DNA from: Catajapyx aquilonaris
Taxonomy: Eukaryota
DNA: 64,000 nucleotides
Direction of reading: 5' to 3'
Assembly: GCA_000934665.2 (NCBI GenBank)
Contig: JYFJ02001492.1
Coordinates: forward strand, 1-64,000
Position 1 is the first letter of the stretch. Each line of letters begins with the position of its first letter. The notes below the pieces were generated by a model, which ran no database searches, had not been told where the DNA came from, and saw only the letters and a list, made by a program, of their open reading frames with translations. Shown here piece by piece: positions 26,254 through 39,771 of this stretch. A program made the translations under genes and the position numbers.

Positions 26254-26506
26254 GCCAAACCTATCTACCTGAAGATGTACCCGGTTGCAAAGGAACGTAA
26301 CGAGGAGCTGGAGACCGCTAGACTGGGCCTGCTCTTAAAGGTGACCAGCGCACATTTCCGTGAGGGTCCACTCAAGCTCAGGTGCTCTGCCTCCATTTAC
26401 TCCGTCTACTGGCAGAGTACGGAAAGAAGTGTCGAGGACGATCGGCCCAGGATTTCATCTGTGGTTGGAACTCACGAGGCTCCTCCTGGACCACGTGCCA
26501 GCAAAG
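26254..26506 (+). CDS. beat: Beat-family exon (Ig2 C-half plus linker)
   Basis: ctcttgcAG|GCC and AAAG|GTAAC. Encodes AKPIYLKMYPVAKERNEELETARLGLLLKVTSAHFREGPLKLRCSASIYSVYWQSTERSVEDDRPRISSVVGTHEAPPGPRASK (Beat HF..G.LKLRC.A.I..VYWQS motif). Confidence 0.9.
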
Positions 26507-28174
26507 GTAACATCACATCCCCAACCTATAATGAATTATTTTCGGTCCACATCTGTACTCAGGAACAATGGATGTCCAAAGTTACAATTGTTGCCAAGGT
26601 TCTTGCAGATCATTTCTTCCCGCTTAATTGCACTCCTTTAACGCTATAGGAGGAGTGGTTTTTTTAAGGGAAGCTGTGGCTTGCAAGGGATGCTGTAAAA
26701 TGATTTACAACTTCCCAAACCCATTTCGCAGCTGACCAAATAAGTCACAGCTGAGGCAAGAGGTATTGATTATTAACAATTCATGGCCAGGATCGATGCG
26801 GATTCTCCTTACGGAGTGTGTTTTTTAAAATGTCGTTGGGGTATGCACATTCAGAAACGTTCCCATTATGGTATTTCATATTCTAATGAGTGTTTCACGT
26901 AAAGGGGTATTTTAAAAATGAAGAGACCAATACATTGGAATGTGATTTTTTATATTGCATTTCTAACAATGATAAATGACCAAATTTCATGTTTTGCCCT
27001 ACTTGATCTGCAGTGTAAAACAAAGCCAATCAGTCTTACAGTTGGGAAGATGCAATTGACTAAATTTATTGCAGTTTAATCATTTCATAATAAATAACCT
27101 TATACGGGCCTGGGTAAAATTATGTTTTCCCAATCAGCAAGGAATCAATTCATGTTAAGTGCCTAAAGTGAGAAATAGTGACCCAGATTATTTTAAATGC
27201 CTACTCACCTGACAAAATTTGGAACAATTCTCAATTTATGTTACCCCACTCAGTGACTTACATTCAGTTGAATGCCTCTTTTGAAACTGGTGGAAAAATG
27301 ATGACTAGGTTTTATTGCGGCAAATTGGGGAGGACTTCACACATGCTGCAACAATCAGTGGCGAGCAGCCATTGATCCAATCACCGACACGTTTGACACG
27401 CACAGGTTGTAAAAATTGGGCGCAAACCTGCACCGAATTTTTGCCACTCTTACAATAAAACAATAGCACCAGATATCTTCGGCCCCTTGCAGCTTTAAAG
27501 AAGCCGGCTTTAAAACGTCTCCAGAGTGAACATTCTCCCCTAGCAGTAACAATTCTCTCAATCTTCCAAATTCATTGCTAATGTGGCGTGCCTGGCTCTT
27601 TGCCACGTCTAGTAGGTTTCCTCAAATGTGTCGGACAATTTTTTGTCTCCCACGGCAATTATTTAAGTCCACCATCGCGGTTCCTAACTAATACCCCACG
27701 ATTACTCATTTGACGTTACAAATGTTTTAATCCCATCCATTCCTCTGTTGACATTTATGGGAGGAAATTATGTGCGCCTTTCTCTACTAAGGAAATTTTT
27801 GGTGATTTATAGCAGGGCAGATTTGTACCATTTGTTTCTGCTCCGCTTTAAACGTGCCAGTCGATTTCTTCTCCTTGTTAAATTAGAGATTTTCCAGTGT
27901 TTTAAGCAATCTCAGCTTCGGATGGAAAATCTCTCTTGTAAGGTCGGCCGCTCGTGAATCCGCTTCCCTTATGCCGACAAGACCCGCATAAAAGGACGGT
28001 GTAACATGTGCGTACAGCTGCCCTGGTGGTTGCCAAGCCAAGTCAGGTGTGATGGCAGCCTCAACCGCACTGTACTATCGGGAACGAAAAGTTCCGGAAA
28101 GTCTGTATTCCCGCGTGCCTCATTTTTTGTCCGCTAGATTGTGCTAAGAGGCCAATTACACCATCTGTTTCTCA

Positions 28175-28511
28175 CAACGAGATAGAATAGGATAGAGGCC
28201 GTAAAGGTCGGACATCTTTGAAGCAAAATGGCGGCCATCGGGCGGCCATGCCACTTCACGGCAAGAACTTTGAAATTGTAGTATCGCTAACCCTGTTCTC
28301 CTCTCCTGCCTCCTGACGGGACTAGGAAGAAAAGCCTGTCTGGGGACGTTTTTATTTATTCCCACCCCCCGCCAGGAGGCAGGAGTGTAGACAGAGGAGA
28401 ACAGGGTTAGAAATACGTCAATTTTAAATGAGCGCATGTTCTTGCCGTGAAGTGGCATGGACGCCAAAGATCACGTGACCTTTACGGCCTCTGCCCTATT
28501 CTATCTCGTTG
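28175..28511. mobile_element. Fold-back MITE with 8-bp TSD (P- or hAT-like)
   Basis: TSD GTTTCTCA at 28167-28174 and 28512-28519; TIR CAACGAGATAGAATAGG..AGAGGCCGTAAAGGTC; internal inverted CTAACCCTGTTCTCCTCT. Confidence 0.88.
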
Positions 28512-29037
28512 GTTTCTCAAGAGAAATTCAGCCCAAGACATGAGTAAACCCAGATCCTAAATCTGCTACTTTTTGTCCCGAATATCAGTGAGCATAATCA
28601 GGCGTAAGATTTGCGCCGGGTTAATTTTTCCTCGTTTGTATAAGAAGGCGCGTACCCTGGCTAATTACAAGCAAAAATAAGGCTGGAGAATTCCATCGAT
28701 TCCGTTTGCGGCAGTAAAACCGGCCACAGTGGAGCATTTAACAGCAATTAAAGGGTTTCCGTCCGCCCGTTTTATTCTCCATATTGGTAAGAGAGAGCGC
28801 TGGGCCAAGAGGCCAAATGGTCCCTGGCATTGCGGTTTCCGAAACATTAGTCCGCCGGTCATTTGCGTAATGGCGCCTCTGAAATGTCCAAGCATTCATG
28901 CAGAAAATGGCGCCTCAAGTTTCTGCGGGGGGGTCGCTCGTTGTTTTGCCAGTTTCGCCTGCTTTGCATTCACACCCACCCCAGATTTTTCACTAGGGCT
29001 CAACTCCCCCAAAATTTGGCTTCTCTGGCTTTTGCAG

Positions 29038-29114
29038 GTTCGACCGCATCGCGACACTTGTTGGCGCTGGGATCAGCGTCGGTCGCCATATTGCTTGCCG
29101 TCGTCCTGAGGTGA
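29038..29114 (+). CDS. beat: Probable terminal Beat exon with hydrophobic C-terminus
   Basis: cttctctggcttttgcAG|GT, phase 1 matches the previous donor. Encodes (G)STASRHLLALGSASVAILLAVVLR-TGA. Confidence 0.72.
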
Positions 29115-31080
29115 TTCCACACGAATCAGCAAGGCCTTCGAAATTCCGCCTAACTATTTGCAACTCCAGCCATAATTCCAGCCCCCACCAAAACGTTGCT
29201 TCCAACTGTTGCAAGCAGCGGTGGCGTTCCAAAATTGAGCCCCCCTCCCCCTCCCCTACCCCTTATTCCTGTTCCCTTTCCGCCCCCTGCCCTCCTTCTT
29301 TCCTAGCGGCAAAGTGGTGCATGTTTTCTTTATTACTTATATTCCAACTCCCATAGTTTTCCAGTTATGGTAGTAGACCTCGGATACTGATGCACGGGTG
29401 TGGTCCAGTGCGACGCAAGTGGGGGAATAAATCGCACTCTAATCACCTGTGGGCGGCCATTTTTGATCAATGCGGTCCCATATCGAGAGTGCTGTTGTCT
29501 GTTTTTTTTTGTTGGTATTTTTGTTGCTAAGCCAGCTAGAAGCTGACTCAAGAGGCCAAAAAAATGAGAGAAAAAAACTTTGTGTGCTTTCATGGAAGAA
29601 AACTGCCTGTTTCATGCTTTTGACACTTGTAATTTGATGTGATTGTTTTGTAACCCAAATCTGTTTCAATGTCTCCAGTTATGGTGCGGTGTTAGGAGAC
29701 TTTGTGGGGAAAAAGGGTGCTGCATCATGCTTCCCAAATGTATAGAGTACGTACGTGGGATAGTGATATGCTATAGCATACCTTCCACCCCCCGCGCAGT
29801 CTCTTTTCAGATTTCATCTCCATGGCAAAAGCTTTCCTGCTTCATATCGATACGGATGTTGACGAAAGGGATTTCACTACCAGCACTCACCCAATTTTTT
29901 TTTCTTTGTAGTAGTGATATTCAATCAAGAGTTCCATCAGTCAATATGGACACACTAAGTCTAATGTTTAAAAAATATACTGGAAAAAACGTAAAACAAC
30001 TAAGGGCACCATTCATGTGGGTGTCACTAGTTATCTCCCCTGTAATAAGTGTCGTGTGAATGGTGTCACTCCGTAAATCCTAACCATGCAAACGTCAATT
30101 ATTATCCAGGAAATAACTTACGACTCCCTGAAAAATATGGTGCCTTATATAATCAATAGGACGGTGTATAATAAAAGCAACACGATACCAACTCGTTTGC
30201 CGCTTTTCACAAAATGACTGTAATTAATATAGACTTACACTACTGTACTTGCATGGAACGGTTGTCATTCTTGATTGACACATCTGTCCGCGCATGTCGT
30301 GCTCCTTACGTTACACCTTGTATAAACCAGTGCACACAAGTTGTACCATTTTTATAGCATCTGCTATGGACAAAATCGCGTCATCAAGCCCAACTTGTTC
30401 GTCGGGTGCTCAAAATGATAGGCGATAATTTTCCACGAGCCAGTGGTCCGAAGTGAGAAGAATTACAGAGAGACACGAACACAAACTCCTCCCTCGGGTG
30501 GCCAATGAAGTTTAATTACTATGACAGTGGTCGCGACATATGCAGACACGAATGCCGCGCTTTTCCCTCACACATGCCACAAGACCTCGCGTGCCCCCAA
30601 CCGTATGACACAAAAAATACAGATGTCGAGTGGTGACATGCGCAAAAAAAAATCCACTGTCGGTCCACTCGCTTTTGAAGCCATTTAACACGAATTGATG
30701 AGCAGAGCAAAAAAAAAATACAAGGGCATGAATATTTCAAACCACCATATTGGTTTCCACAGCCGTTACAAACGAGTTCGTCTCTCTCTTTTTATACCCA
30801 TACCCCTCCCTTCCAGTCCTTATTTTTTAGTTCCAACCATTTTGGTACAGGTGGCTTCGTAATTTCAACAAGAATTCTGCTACAATATTTGGATACTGGT
30901 GCATTTTAATAAAATATTGCGAGGGGAAGGCTACGTGGTACTAACTCATAGGGCTTGTAAAGGGCACCCACTGCATCGCCATATTTACTCGATTATAAGG
31001 CAATCCCCTCATTTTTTTCAAACCAATTAGGACAAATAAAACTCCCCCATTTTGTGAGAAATGGCACTTGCTCATTCCTA

Positions 31081-31474
31081 CATGAATTTCTTCCCTGATT
31101 CAACTGGACAACGTGCACCATTTGGCGGTTGCGCATCTCGCCAGCGCCGCCGCATGAACAGTTTGACATGACGTCATCGAGTTAACGGCACAAAGCCTAC
31201 AAATGGCGGCCGCCATGGCGCTGGCGGAAAAGTGTGGAAAATGGTGCGATAAGCCGACATATTTGGGACTGTACCAAACTCGGCATTATTTGGTGACCTG
31301 GTGAGAAATTCTGGTCTTATAAGCGAGTAAGATGGCATATTTGTCCTCAGTTTACATGATATGTATTTCCAAAAGCACCGATTGTAAATAAATATGGAGT
31401 GAGCATGTTTTAGTTCAGTGTGCCTCAATTTTCCCCTCGTCGATCCCTGGCCGCGATCAGTGGTGTAATTCATG
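31081..31474. mobile_element. Possible degenerate fold-back element
   Basis: Nested inverted pairs CATGAATT/AATTCATG, GCACCATTT/AAATGGTGC and CGCCAGCGCC/GGCGCTGGCG; no clear TSD. Confidence 0.4.
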
Positions 31475-34400
31475 CTTATTAAGCGGTTAAAGTCGAGCCA
31501 TGTGTGCAGTGCGGACCGTGACCGAATAATAACCGCTGTGGTATGTACGAACTCGTGTTAAAAACAATACGACTCTGATTTTCATAGCTTACCCTGCCAC
31601 AAGCACGGCATGATGCAATTGTGCAATAATTACGCTCATTTTGAATTTTCACTACTTGGCTTTATGTGTAGTAGTTATTCAACCGTCACCACTTTTGCTC
31701 TGCGACTTTCCCTTTCAGGGATGAATAACCCCCTTTTCCGTTCTTGATTCATTCGGCAATGTTGAATATAATTATCTAAAATTGAGACGTGTCCTTAGAA
31801 AAGGGCCCCCGGTGCAATTAGGAGCAGACACACAATAGCCGGTGCTTCTCTCAACCTTTTGCATCAGTGCGGACTGATAACGGATACGAAGATGAGAAAG
31901 GAACCGGGGGATAGAAAGGAAATTCATGAATGGGTGTCAAGGAACACTTGTACTCGGGATGAGAAATCTGTCGTTTTTGCCTCAGGAGTTGGAGACAGAG
32001 ACGAATGGGGCTCGATATCAATTCTCCAACCGAGCTGGGAATGGTATAAAAAAAATAGAACGCTAAGGATGGAAATGCATCACTGAGAATTATTTTTTTC
32101 GGCTTTTTTTCTCTCATCCTCGCTATTCATTATCCGGAGGAAAAAAGAGGGAATAAAACACACGATTGATTTCGACAAGAAGGATAACGAGAAATTAAAG
32201 CTGTGAAATCAATATACAGGGTGGACAGGATTCAATGCGCAAACCTATCACCCGATTAGGCTGTTTATAGCTGCTATATAGTGACGCAATACAAAAGGGT
32301 CAAAGAGTCATGTGTTGGTTCCCTACAGGTTATCCTTGCCCCCAGGGGGCGACCTCTGTCTGCACTGGAAACAGTGGTATGCTATGGTAATTCAGACGTT
32401 AAGTTTGTTAATTATAGAAAATGTGGCGCAATGTCAGTACGTAGCAATTTACATATTAACTTACAAAAAAAATGTTCAACGCTAAATATACTGTAGCAAG
32501 TTCCCTCGGGACGCTTTCAATGTACAAGGCTCAAGCATTCCAAATATGTAGGTTGACTTCCTATATATAAAGTTACTCAGCTCCCAATTTTGAACACCTT
32601 CACCCTGCAGACCAACACGCCAAATGTCATGCCCATACATCCAGGCGTTTTAATTACTCTCTAGGAGTAAGAAAAAAACGAATAAAAGTTTGAGTAACCC
32701 TAGACATGTCTGAATACATTGTATACAGTAGAGGTGGCAAATCCCGACCGGAATGCAGCAGAACTGCTCATTTCCAGCAAGAAGTGTGGAGGTCGAGTGC
32801 TCTTTACTTCTTCGCTCCGAGTCACGTACAGTACAGTAACTAGGCGATCCCAGCCCCACTACAGTATTTGCACTTTCAGCTCTCGCTTCCAATCGATGGA
32901 GATGAGGATGGTTGCTACTATGTGGGGAAAAAAAAGGTAAGTTAACCTTTTGTGTAGAAACGTGGGGGTCCTATTGCATACGGGTTTCCGGAACAATGCT
33001 AGCACAAATGATACCAGTTGAGTAACAAGCGTTTAATAATGCTGAGGGTAAACAAGAACCTGCGGGGTGAACGCAACTTAATACTTCAAAGGTAGGTCTA
33101 AACGTGGCTAATGTAAGCTTGGAGAAAAGGCACTAAAATATGAAAATTACGGGGGCTTGTTTGCGCTACTGAGTCAACTTTGTACTTTGTTCAGCATTCG
33201 ATTATTATAGTACTGTGTATATTAAAAAATTTCCTGCCTCTAATGTAGTCCGAATGTTACCGAGAAGTCCGCCAGTTTTTGAACAAGGTTGAACACAAAG
33301 CAATTTAACTAAAAGTGGCCACTGCAGCAATGACTCAAATTAAAAATGACTTTGTAAACTGCACAGAATGAGTTTGAATAAAAGTTACACAATATATGTT
33401 TCCATTTTGATCACTCCTACCTCTAGTCCACATTGGTTCATTTTAGTAACGCAACGCAACTCAAGGATATAACTAACGATACCAATCATTGGGCATGTCA
33501 CAATAATTCGTGTAACATTAGTAATTCATGGTTGGATATATGTACTGGAAAGGAGAAATTGCGAGGTTTATTTTTGTCCCTTAGCAACAGTGGACTGCCC
33601 AGCTAACAGCATAAATCTAATCTAACACCCGTGATCACTTGTACAGATTCCTGAACGTTCAAAAAAAAAATTTATTGTGTTTCAGAAAATTGTCAAATTT
33701 CCACACCTTGCGTAGATTTCTGGTCTCCCAACCTTTCCTCTTTCTTCCCGCACCAATTCTTGTTGACCTCATTTCGTCCCCCGTTCGCCAATTCCCCATA
33801 GCCATTCTATAGACTTTTACTCATAATTTCCCCGTAATGAAAAAATGCCAGACATGTTTATACTGGAATGGGAGTGGGCGTGAAAGCACTTTAACAAATT
33901 TAGACCTCGCCAAGCCCTAGAAGTGATTACTGGCAGACCAATCTTTAGCGCGCGATGTTGCCTTAATGATCCGGAACTCAGTTTGAGGTTTCCTTAATCA
34001 GCCTCTGAATATTGGATCACTCCGCACCCTGACTTGAAGAAGCTGAGCACTTGCGGTTTGGCGCCCAGCAAGGGAAAAGAGAAACCCGCAAAGTTTACGA
34101 CCACATCACACCCGCGCTCGAGGAGACCAATCAATTTTTGTTAATTGGGTCATTTCGGTCGAAATGAGCCTCGAAGGAGAGAACTGGCGCGACAATGCTT
34201 CGCCTTGCTTATCTTTTCTCACATATCACAAATTGCCATCCAGTTAATGGCTAGTGTAACTCTAAATGCAAGGTATAGTCTCCAAAAAAAAAAAGGGCCA
34301 GCATCAATATGCTAAGCCGACCCACAGGAGAACGCCAGAATCGATTGGTGTGTATTAGGAAAAAAAAAAAAGGACAATCCATTACTCTGTATTGGAAGTG

Positions 34401-37400
34401 GAGGAAAAAAAAATCCAATGGCATTTGGGGTTAAGCTCCCAAATCACACTAATCGAGTAGTTCTAAAGAGGTGGGATTCGATATGGCAAAAGAACCGTTG
34501 CCTAATACTTGGGTACTTAATATTAGGAGGTGCAACGGGTCGATCCTCCTGGATGTCAAATGCCTCCAGGGGTCTCTTTCCATCCGGACGGCGTTCCTCA
34601 TAACCGTTCCTGGCTTCCGGAGACGTGCCCATTCTATTCCCAATGCAGCAGTTGCCTGCTTGTCTACGCCCCTTCTACAACCACCTCCTATTGAATTCCT
34701 TCAGATGCCGTTTCCCAGCGACTATTAAAGTCATGATGCGTACTTTTGGTTCAACCTTGTCTCAAATTGCGCATGAATGAATCGTTGTGCAGTTTGGTGT
34801 TTTGGTGTGTCTTTTTCATGTGTACAGTATACAGAAGGCGAGGATAAAAAAGCATCTGTATTGGAAAATTGTCAGAATGAGTTTAGGCCATTATGCGAGG
34901 TGGTCAACATTTTCCCTTCTACACGAAAAAGTTGTCTGCAATATTTTATATTTTAAAAACCATTTTGTACCCACTTTTTAGGAAATATGGAGTGGATGTA
35001 ATCAAATTCTCATGCGAGGTAAATTTAATTTCCTCTGTGCAGTCACTTGCACTTTATTCACCTATAGGCCTACTGCTAGTGCGGTCGGCATGACCTCGTT
35101 TTACCACTCTAATCAAGATATTGACATAAAAATATCATAATCTCGTAAAGCCCTTCTCCTACATGCGCATAAATATTACCGTCAGGCACGTCAAAGTATA
35201 CCAGTATATCAGCATGCAATTATCCTTATGAGGAGGGCAAAACTGTTTTTGGTATGAATAAATAGGATGTCCGACTCGAGTAAAACAGGGCAATCGAATT
35301 ATATTAATTAGGCTTAGTGAGAGATTCATTCGCATCAGTATAGAATAATTCATATTCGGAACCGATACATCCACATATGTGGTATAATTTTTAAAAATCC
35401 TATCGTATCCTGCGAGACGTGTAGCCTACACACATCACTAAAACCAGTGTCCGGCATTACAAAACTATTAAAACGCGATTAATGATGTGATTTTTTCCAC
35501 GTTTTAATCATTTGTGCATGGAATTGAACCCATGCCCTTAATACAAATCCAGCCATAAAAATAATTACCCATAATTACATCACTCTCATTGAACGTTTTA
35601 TCTATGCAGCGGGGGAAAAAATAATTGGTACAGCCCCCGAGTGGCTGATGAAGATATCAAGCACCCCCAGAGTGACTCAGTAACATGTATATTTACTCCG
35701 GGGTAATAAAATAATCCAACGTTACATCTCTTTTGGCTGTTAGCGGCCATAGAGGCCCCGAATTGGGTCATCAGAATTCACTCTGCGACCAGGTTGCCGT
35801 GATGTGCCTATTTACCTCATTTGAGATGATCTCCCAAGGAGAGTTTGCCAAGTCCAGTCACGCCAACCGACGACCTATCAGGCGCTTTTTGGCACTTGTG
35901 CACGATTACAAGTCCTGCCTGCTTTCATCCCCCCAGCTTTTTTGACTCCCCACCCAACACAACTCCCCCTCCTGCCCCCCCCCTCGATTTTTTTCCCCCC
36001 GAGCACCATAAGGGGGTCCAATTGGGCCCCTCCAATAACACCCCCCAGGGCTACACCCCCTCCATCGTGAACCCTATCCGACCAGAATGGGCGCCACATT
36101 GGACGCCTATAGCACATTGCATAGTCAGATCAGGAGTCGCGGGTGATTGGGTGAGTGCTGAGGCTTGACGACACTTTGGCACAATGTTGCCAAACGCTAG
36201 AGACACTAGCCAGTTGACACATATGCAAAATGAGAAGTAATAGAATGGAAATGAATTTTGGCATACCGAATTACAAAGAGAGGACTGGCCCTTTGTAGAT
36301 AGTAATTGGCTTCGTTTTTTTAAAAAAATGAGGTTATCGCCGGGCAATTGCGCCACAAAGGGACGTATGTATGATGATAAAATTGGTATCCCATCCCTTC
36401 GTGCGTCAGGTGCAAAAAAAAAATGTAGAAACATATATGTTCCCACGCAAAACTCTGCATGCCACGAGTCCCATTACCGATGCCATCAAAAAAGTATTCC
36501 TTCATCGTGCAACTCTAAACTGCTGCTTGTCATCGACACGAGGTGCCCCTACCATCTAGCTGTTGCTAACCAGTTTCGGAATACTAAAGGTTCGTGATAG
36601 ACTACACGTCGGTGAAATTTAAGCGAGTTGCGTTACACTTCCCAGACTCCATTATTTACTCCGTGTAATAAATGTGGATGGAAAGTGCCTGCGTCACTGA
36701 TCTATTGTTCCCCTAATTATCACTCGGGTAATCATCAATCATGGTTTCACCCGTCCTATCTATTAAAGTACGCTACTATACTGTACAACACACGCTTACT
36801 TTACTCGTGGAAAGGAGCAACTGCAGCATTAATACTAATGCTATATTGACTGAAAGTATGTACGCACAATAACAGCACTGTATCTACCTATATGAATGTT
36901 GTAGCTACAGTAAAACCTCCTGCGGGATAAAGTTAGCAGATTAGTTCTAGGGATGAAAGCATCAATTCATTTCCTAATGCTAAGGCTTGTAAATCAGTGT
37001 ACTGTATGCAGCAAGCTGAGAGGGAAATCACCTAATTTAAGGCACTGACAGCTCCGAACGATGCCCACCATATATCAACCGAATCTTTCCTTTTCCCTAT
37101 ATTGACTACACGTCAGAGGTTTGGCCACAATTCATGAGGCATGCGGAGAAGAAAAAAATGACCGCCCCCATCCCCTTGCAATATCCGGGGCCACAGCCTC
37201 CGGAGACCCAAATTGCCAACCGACTCCTTTTCTCAAGAAGCAGCAGGCCTCTACCCCCCACATTATGCAAATCCTATTAGGATCCTAGGTTATGCTTTTC
37301 TGCTTTTAAATCACCTTTCCAGCCGTCAAGTAAGCCTCCTCTCCGATTTGCCCTCCACGTTTGGATATGCAAATTTTTTTTTCTTCTTCCCCTCCCCCTG

Positions 37401-38006
37401 CCCCCTCCACCCCCTTGAGTGGGCCTGGCGGAATCAATGTTGAGGAGTCGCGATCTTCCAGTTTGAGTCATTGCGCCCCCTATTTTCCGGAGCTCTCGTT
37501 CGCCAACTTTCCTAGATCGATGACACTGATTAAGGCCAGTCGACTCGGATGCTCCAGTACTTTGTCACGCTGAGAGAGCAAGAATACTTCCTCTCCAGGG
37601 CAGAGATAATCGCTCCTTGATGAGAGCAGGTTAACTTAAGGCCATCGATACGGTCAGACAATATCCGGAAGGATGCAGACTAAGCGCACCGGTTACCTAC
37701 ACTTATAGCCTAACTTGGGCCATGATTAATTACAAGCTTGGGTTAGCCAGTTTTCTTTGGGCCTATTTTTGTTGTTTCCAACATTGTCGCGGATAATAAT
37801 TTATGTATGACCGGTTTATTCCTACACAGCGCGAGTGTGCGGTACTGTACAGTGGTGTAGTGGTTTAGAGAACTACACTTTTACCTCTCATGTCCAAAAT
37901 TAAATAATTAGATTTTAGATAGTATTTTTTTAACGCCAGAATTAAAATACTAAATAAACAGTGGAACAAGCTGATTCCTAAGATAATTCTGTCGAAATAA
38001 CAAACA

Positions 38007-38711
38007 CATTTGAAATTCACCTGAGATTATATATACTGTAGCACACTACCCTATTGCATGTAGGCTATAATTAAATCCTCTACATTTTTGGAAATATTGT
38101 TAGCTTCTACGTAAATAACAAATCATGAAATAAATAAATAATTTGACACCATACGTATGGTAAAAAATGTAGAGGATTTAATTATACATGAAGTAGGGTA
38201 GTGTACTAACAGCATATAATCTCACAACCAAAGTAACTCTTCTTACCCTCCTAAATTTTGAAAATGTTTGTATTTTCTGATTCTGCTTGGCCTATAGTGT
38301 TGAGAAAACATCACCTCCGCTGCTAATTTCCACGTTAGCAGGGTGAAACTACAGCCAAAATGAGATGTTCCAAAGCCACAACACCTGCATCCGGTCGCGA
38401 GTCGCGAGTCCCGGCTGCCCGGTGCCGCGAAGGAGAAGGGTCATCTCTTTCGCGGCACCGGAGAGCGCTACAGACACGGTGAAAGGCGACCGCGACCGGG
38501 CAGCCGGGACTGGCGACTCGTGACCGGATGCAGGTGTTGTGGCTTCGGAATATCGCCTTTTGGCTGTATTTTCACCCTGATAACGTGGAAATTAGCAGCG
38601 GAGGTGATGTTTTCTCAACACTATAGGCCAAGCAGAATTAGAAAATACAGACATTTTCAAAATTCAGGAGGGTGAGAAGAGTTACTTTGGTTGTCAGGTG
38701 AATTTCAAATG
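38007..38711. mobile_element. Long fold-back element (~200-bp arms) with a second inverted-repeat element (38022-38224) inserted in its left arm
   Basis: 38225-38425 is the near-exact reverse complement of about 38495-38694. Terminal CATTTGAAATTCACCTGA matches TCAGGTGAATTTCAAATG. The insert has its own arms, TGAGATTATAT...ATATAATCTCA and TAATTAAATCCTCTACATTTTT. Confidence 0.85.
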
Positions 38712-39531
38712 CACTAATATAGACTATACATGGTGATCCCAAATATATGCAAGTCGTTCTCATGTATTCAGGTACATTTCGAATTGATACGACAAAACTC
38801 CTCTAGTTGATTGTGGCGAATACGACTCCAATGAGATTATGGCATGGAAATTTTCATGCTCCCTTGTGAACGAGAGTAATATAATATCCTACCGGCTAAA
38901 CTTGTTAGACTTTTTAAAGCACAATTTATAAGGCCCTTCCAGCGATTATTTATTTTCAGTGACATTGTAAAGTCGACCCAAGCAACCACAAATAATTGCC
39001 GTGAAAGTACGAGTAAATGGCCGATACTTCTCTCTTGCTTCGGAGGGCAAAGTACTTGCATACTCAAACCAGAGGCTAAAAGGATAGTAAACAATTTTTT
39101 TTTTTCTATGAGGTTTGGTTTTGCCCTAGACTGTTTTATTCCCTCCAAATCCAAAATACTGTATAGTAGTTGACTTTCACTCTGAAAGAATTAATTAATT
39201 ACTGTCCTTGGTAGGGAAAATCCGTCCTTTCGGGCTTATCCTCTCTCCGTAGATAACTAAATTAATATACGGTAGCGTACCTTTGTATGAGTCAATATTC
39301 GCCATTACTGTACCAACATTCGAGGGTCACGTATTCAAATTGACATAATACTTATTTGAATGGGATAATTATATTAATTTATACATGAGTAACACTAAAT
39401 TGATGCCAAATGAGATATGGGACAATATCTGATGATGCATAATTTCTATCTCCGTTTATAAAATAATATTGTGAACGGGCAATTTGACGCAAATTTTATG
39501 AACTTATTTAATAATAATTGCCAGTGGGTAA

Positions 39532-39771
39532 GGGCGACACGGTGGCCGAGTGGTTAGAGCCGCAGCCTTCCACCTCTAAGGTCCCGAGTTCGATCCCCGG
39601 GTCGGACGGAGGATACTTATGTGAATAGAGTTTCGATGGGTTCTCTCCGTGTTCGCGTGGGTTCTCTCAGGGTTCTCCCGTTTCCTCCCGCAATCAAAAT
39701 CCATCACAGCGCATAGGCAATGATTAAAGTCGGTTATTCAAAAGATGATCCCCTAAGAGGGTATCCATTAT
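39532..39771 (+). mobile_element. tRNA-derived SINE with V-domain-like body
   Basis: A box TGGCCGAGTGG, B box AGTTCGATCCC. Body GAGTTT...GTTCTCTCCGTGTTCGCGTGGGTTCTCTCAGGGTTCTCCCGTTTCCTCCC. 17-bp TSD TAATTGC(C/A)AGTGGGTAA at 39515-39531 and 39772-39788. Confidence 0.85.

Noticed and set aside
32216..32607. CAGGGTG...CACCCTG ends and a CTCF-like CCCCCAGGGGGCGA
   Set aside because: TIR match is too short and the right TSD is absent; a single motif cannot be supported.
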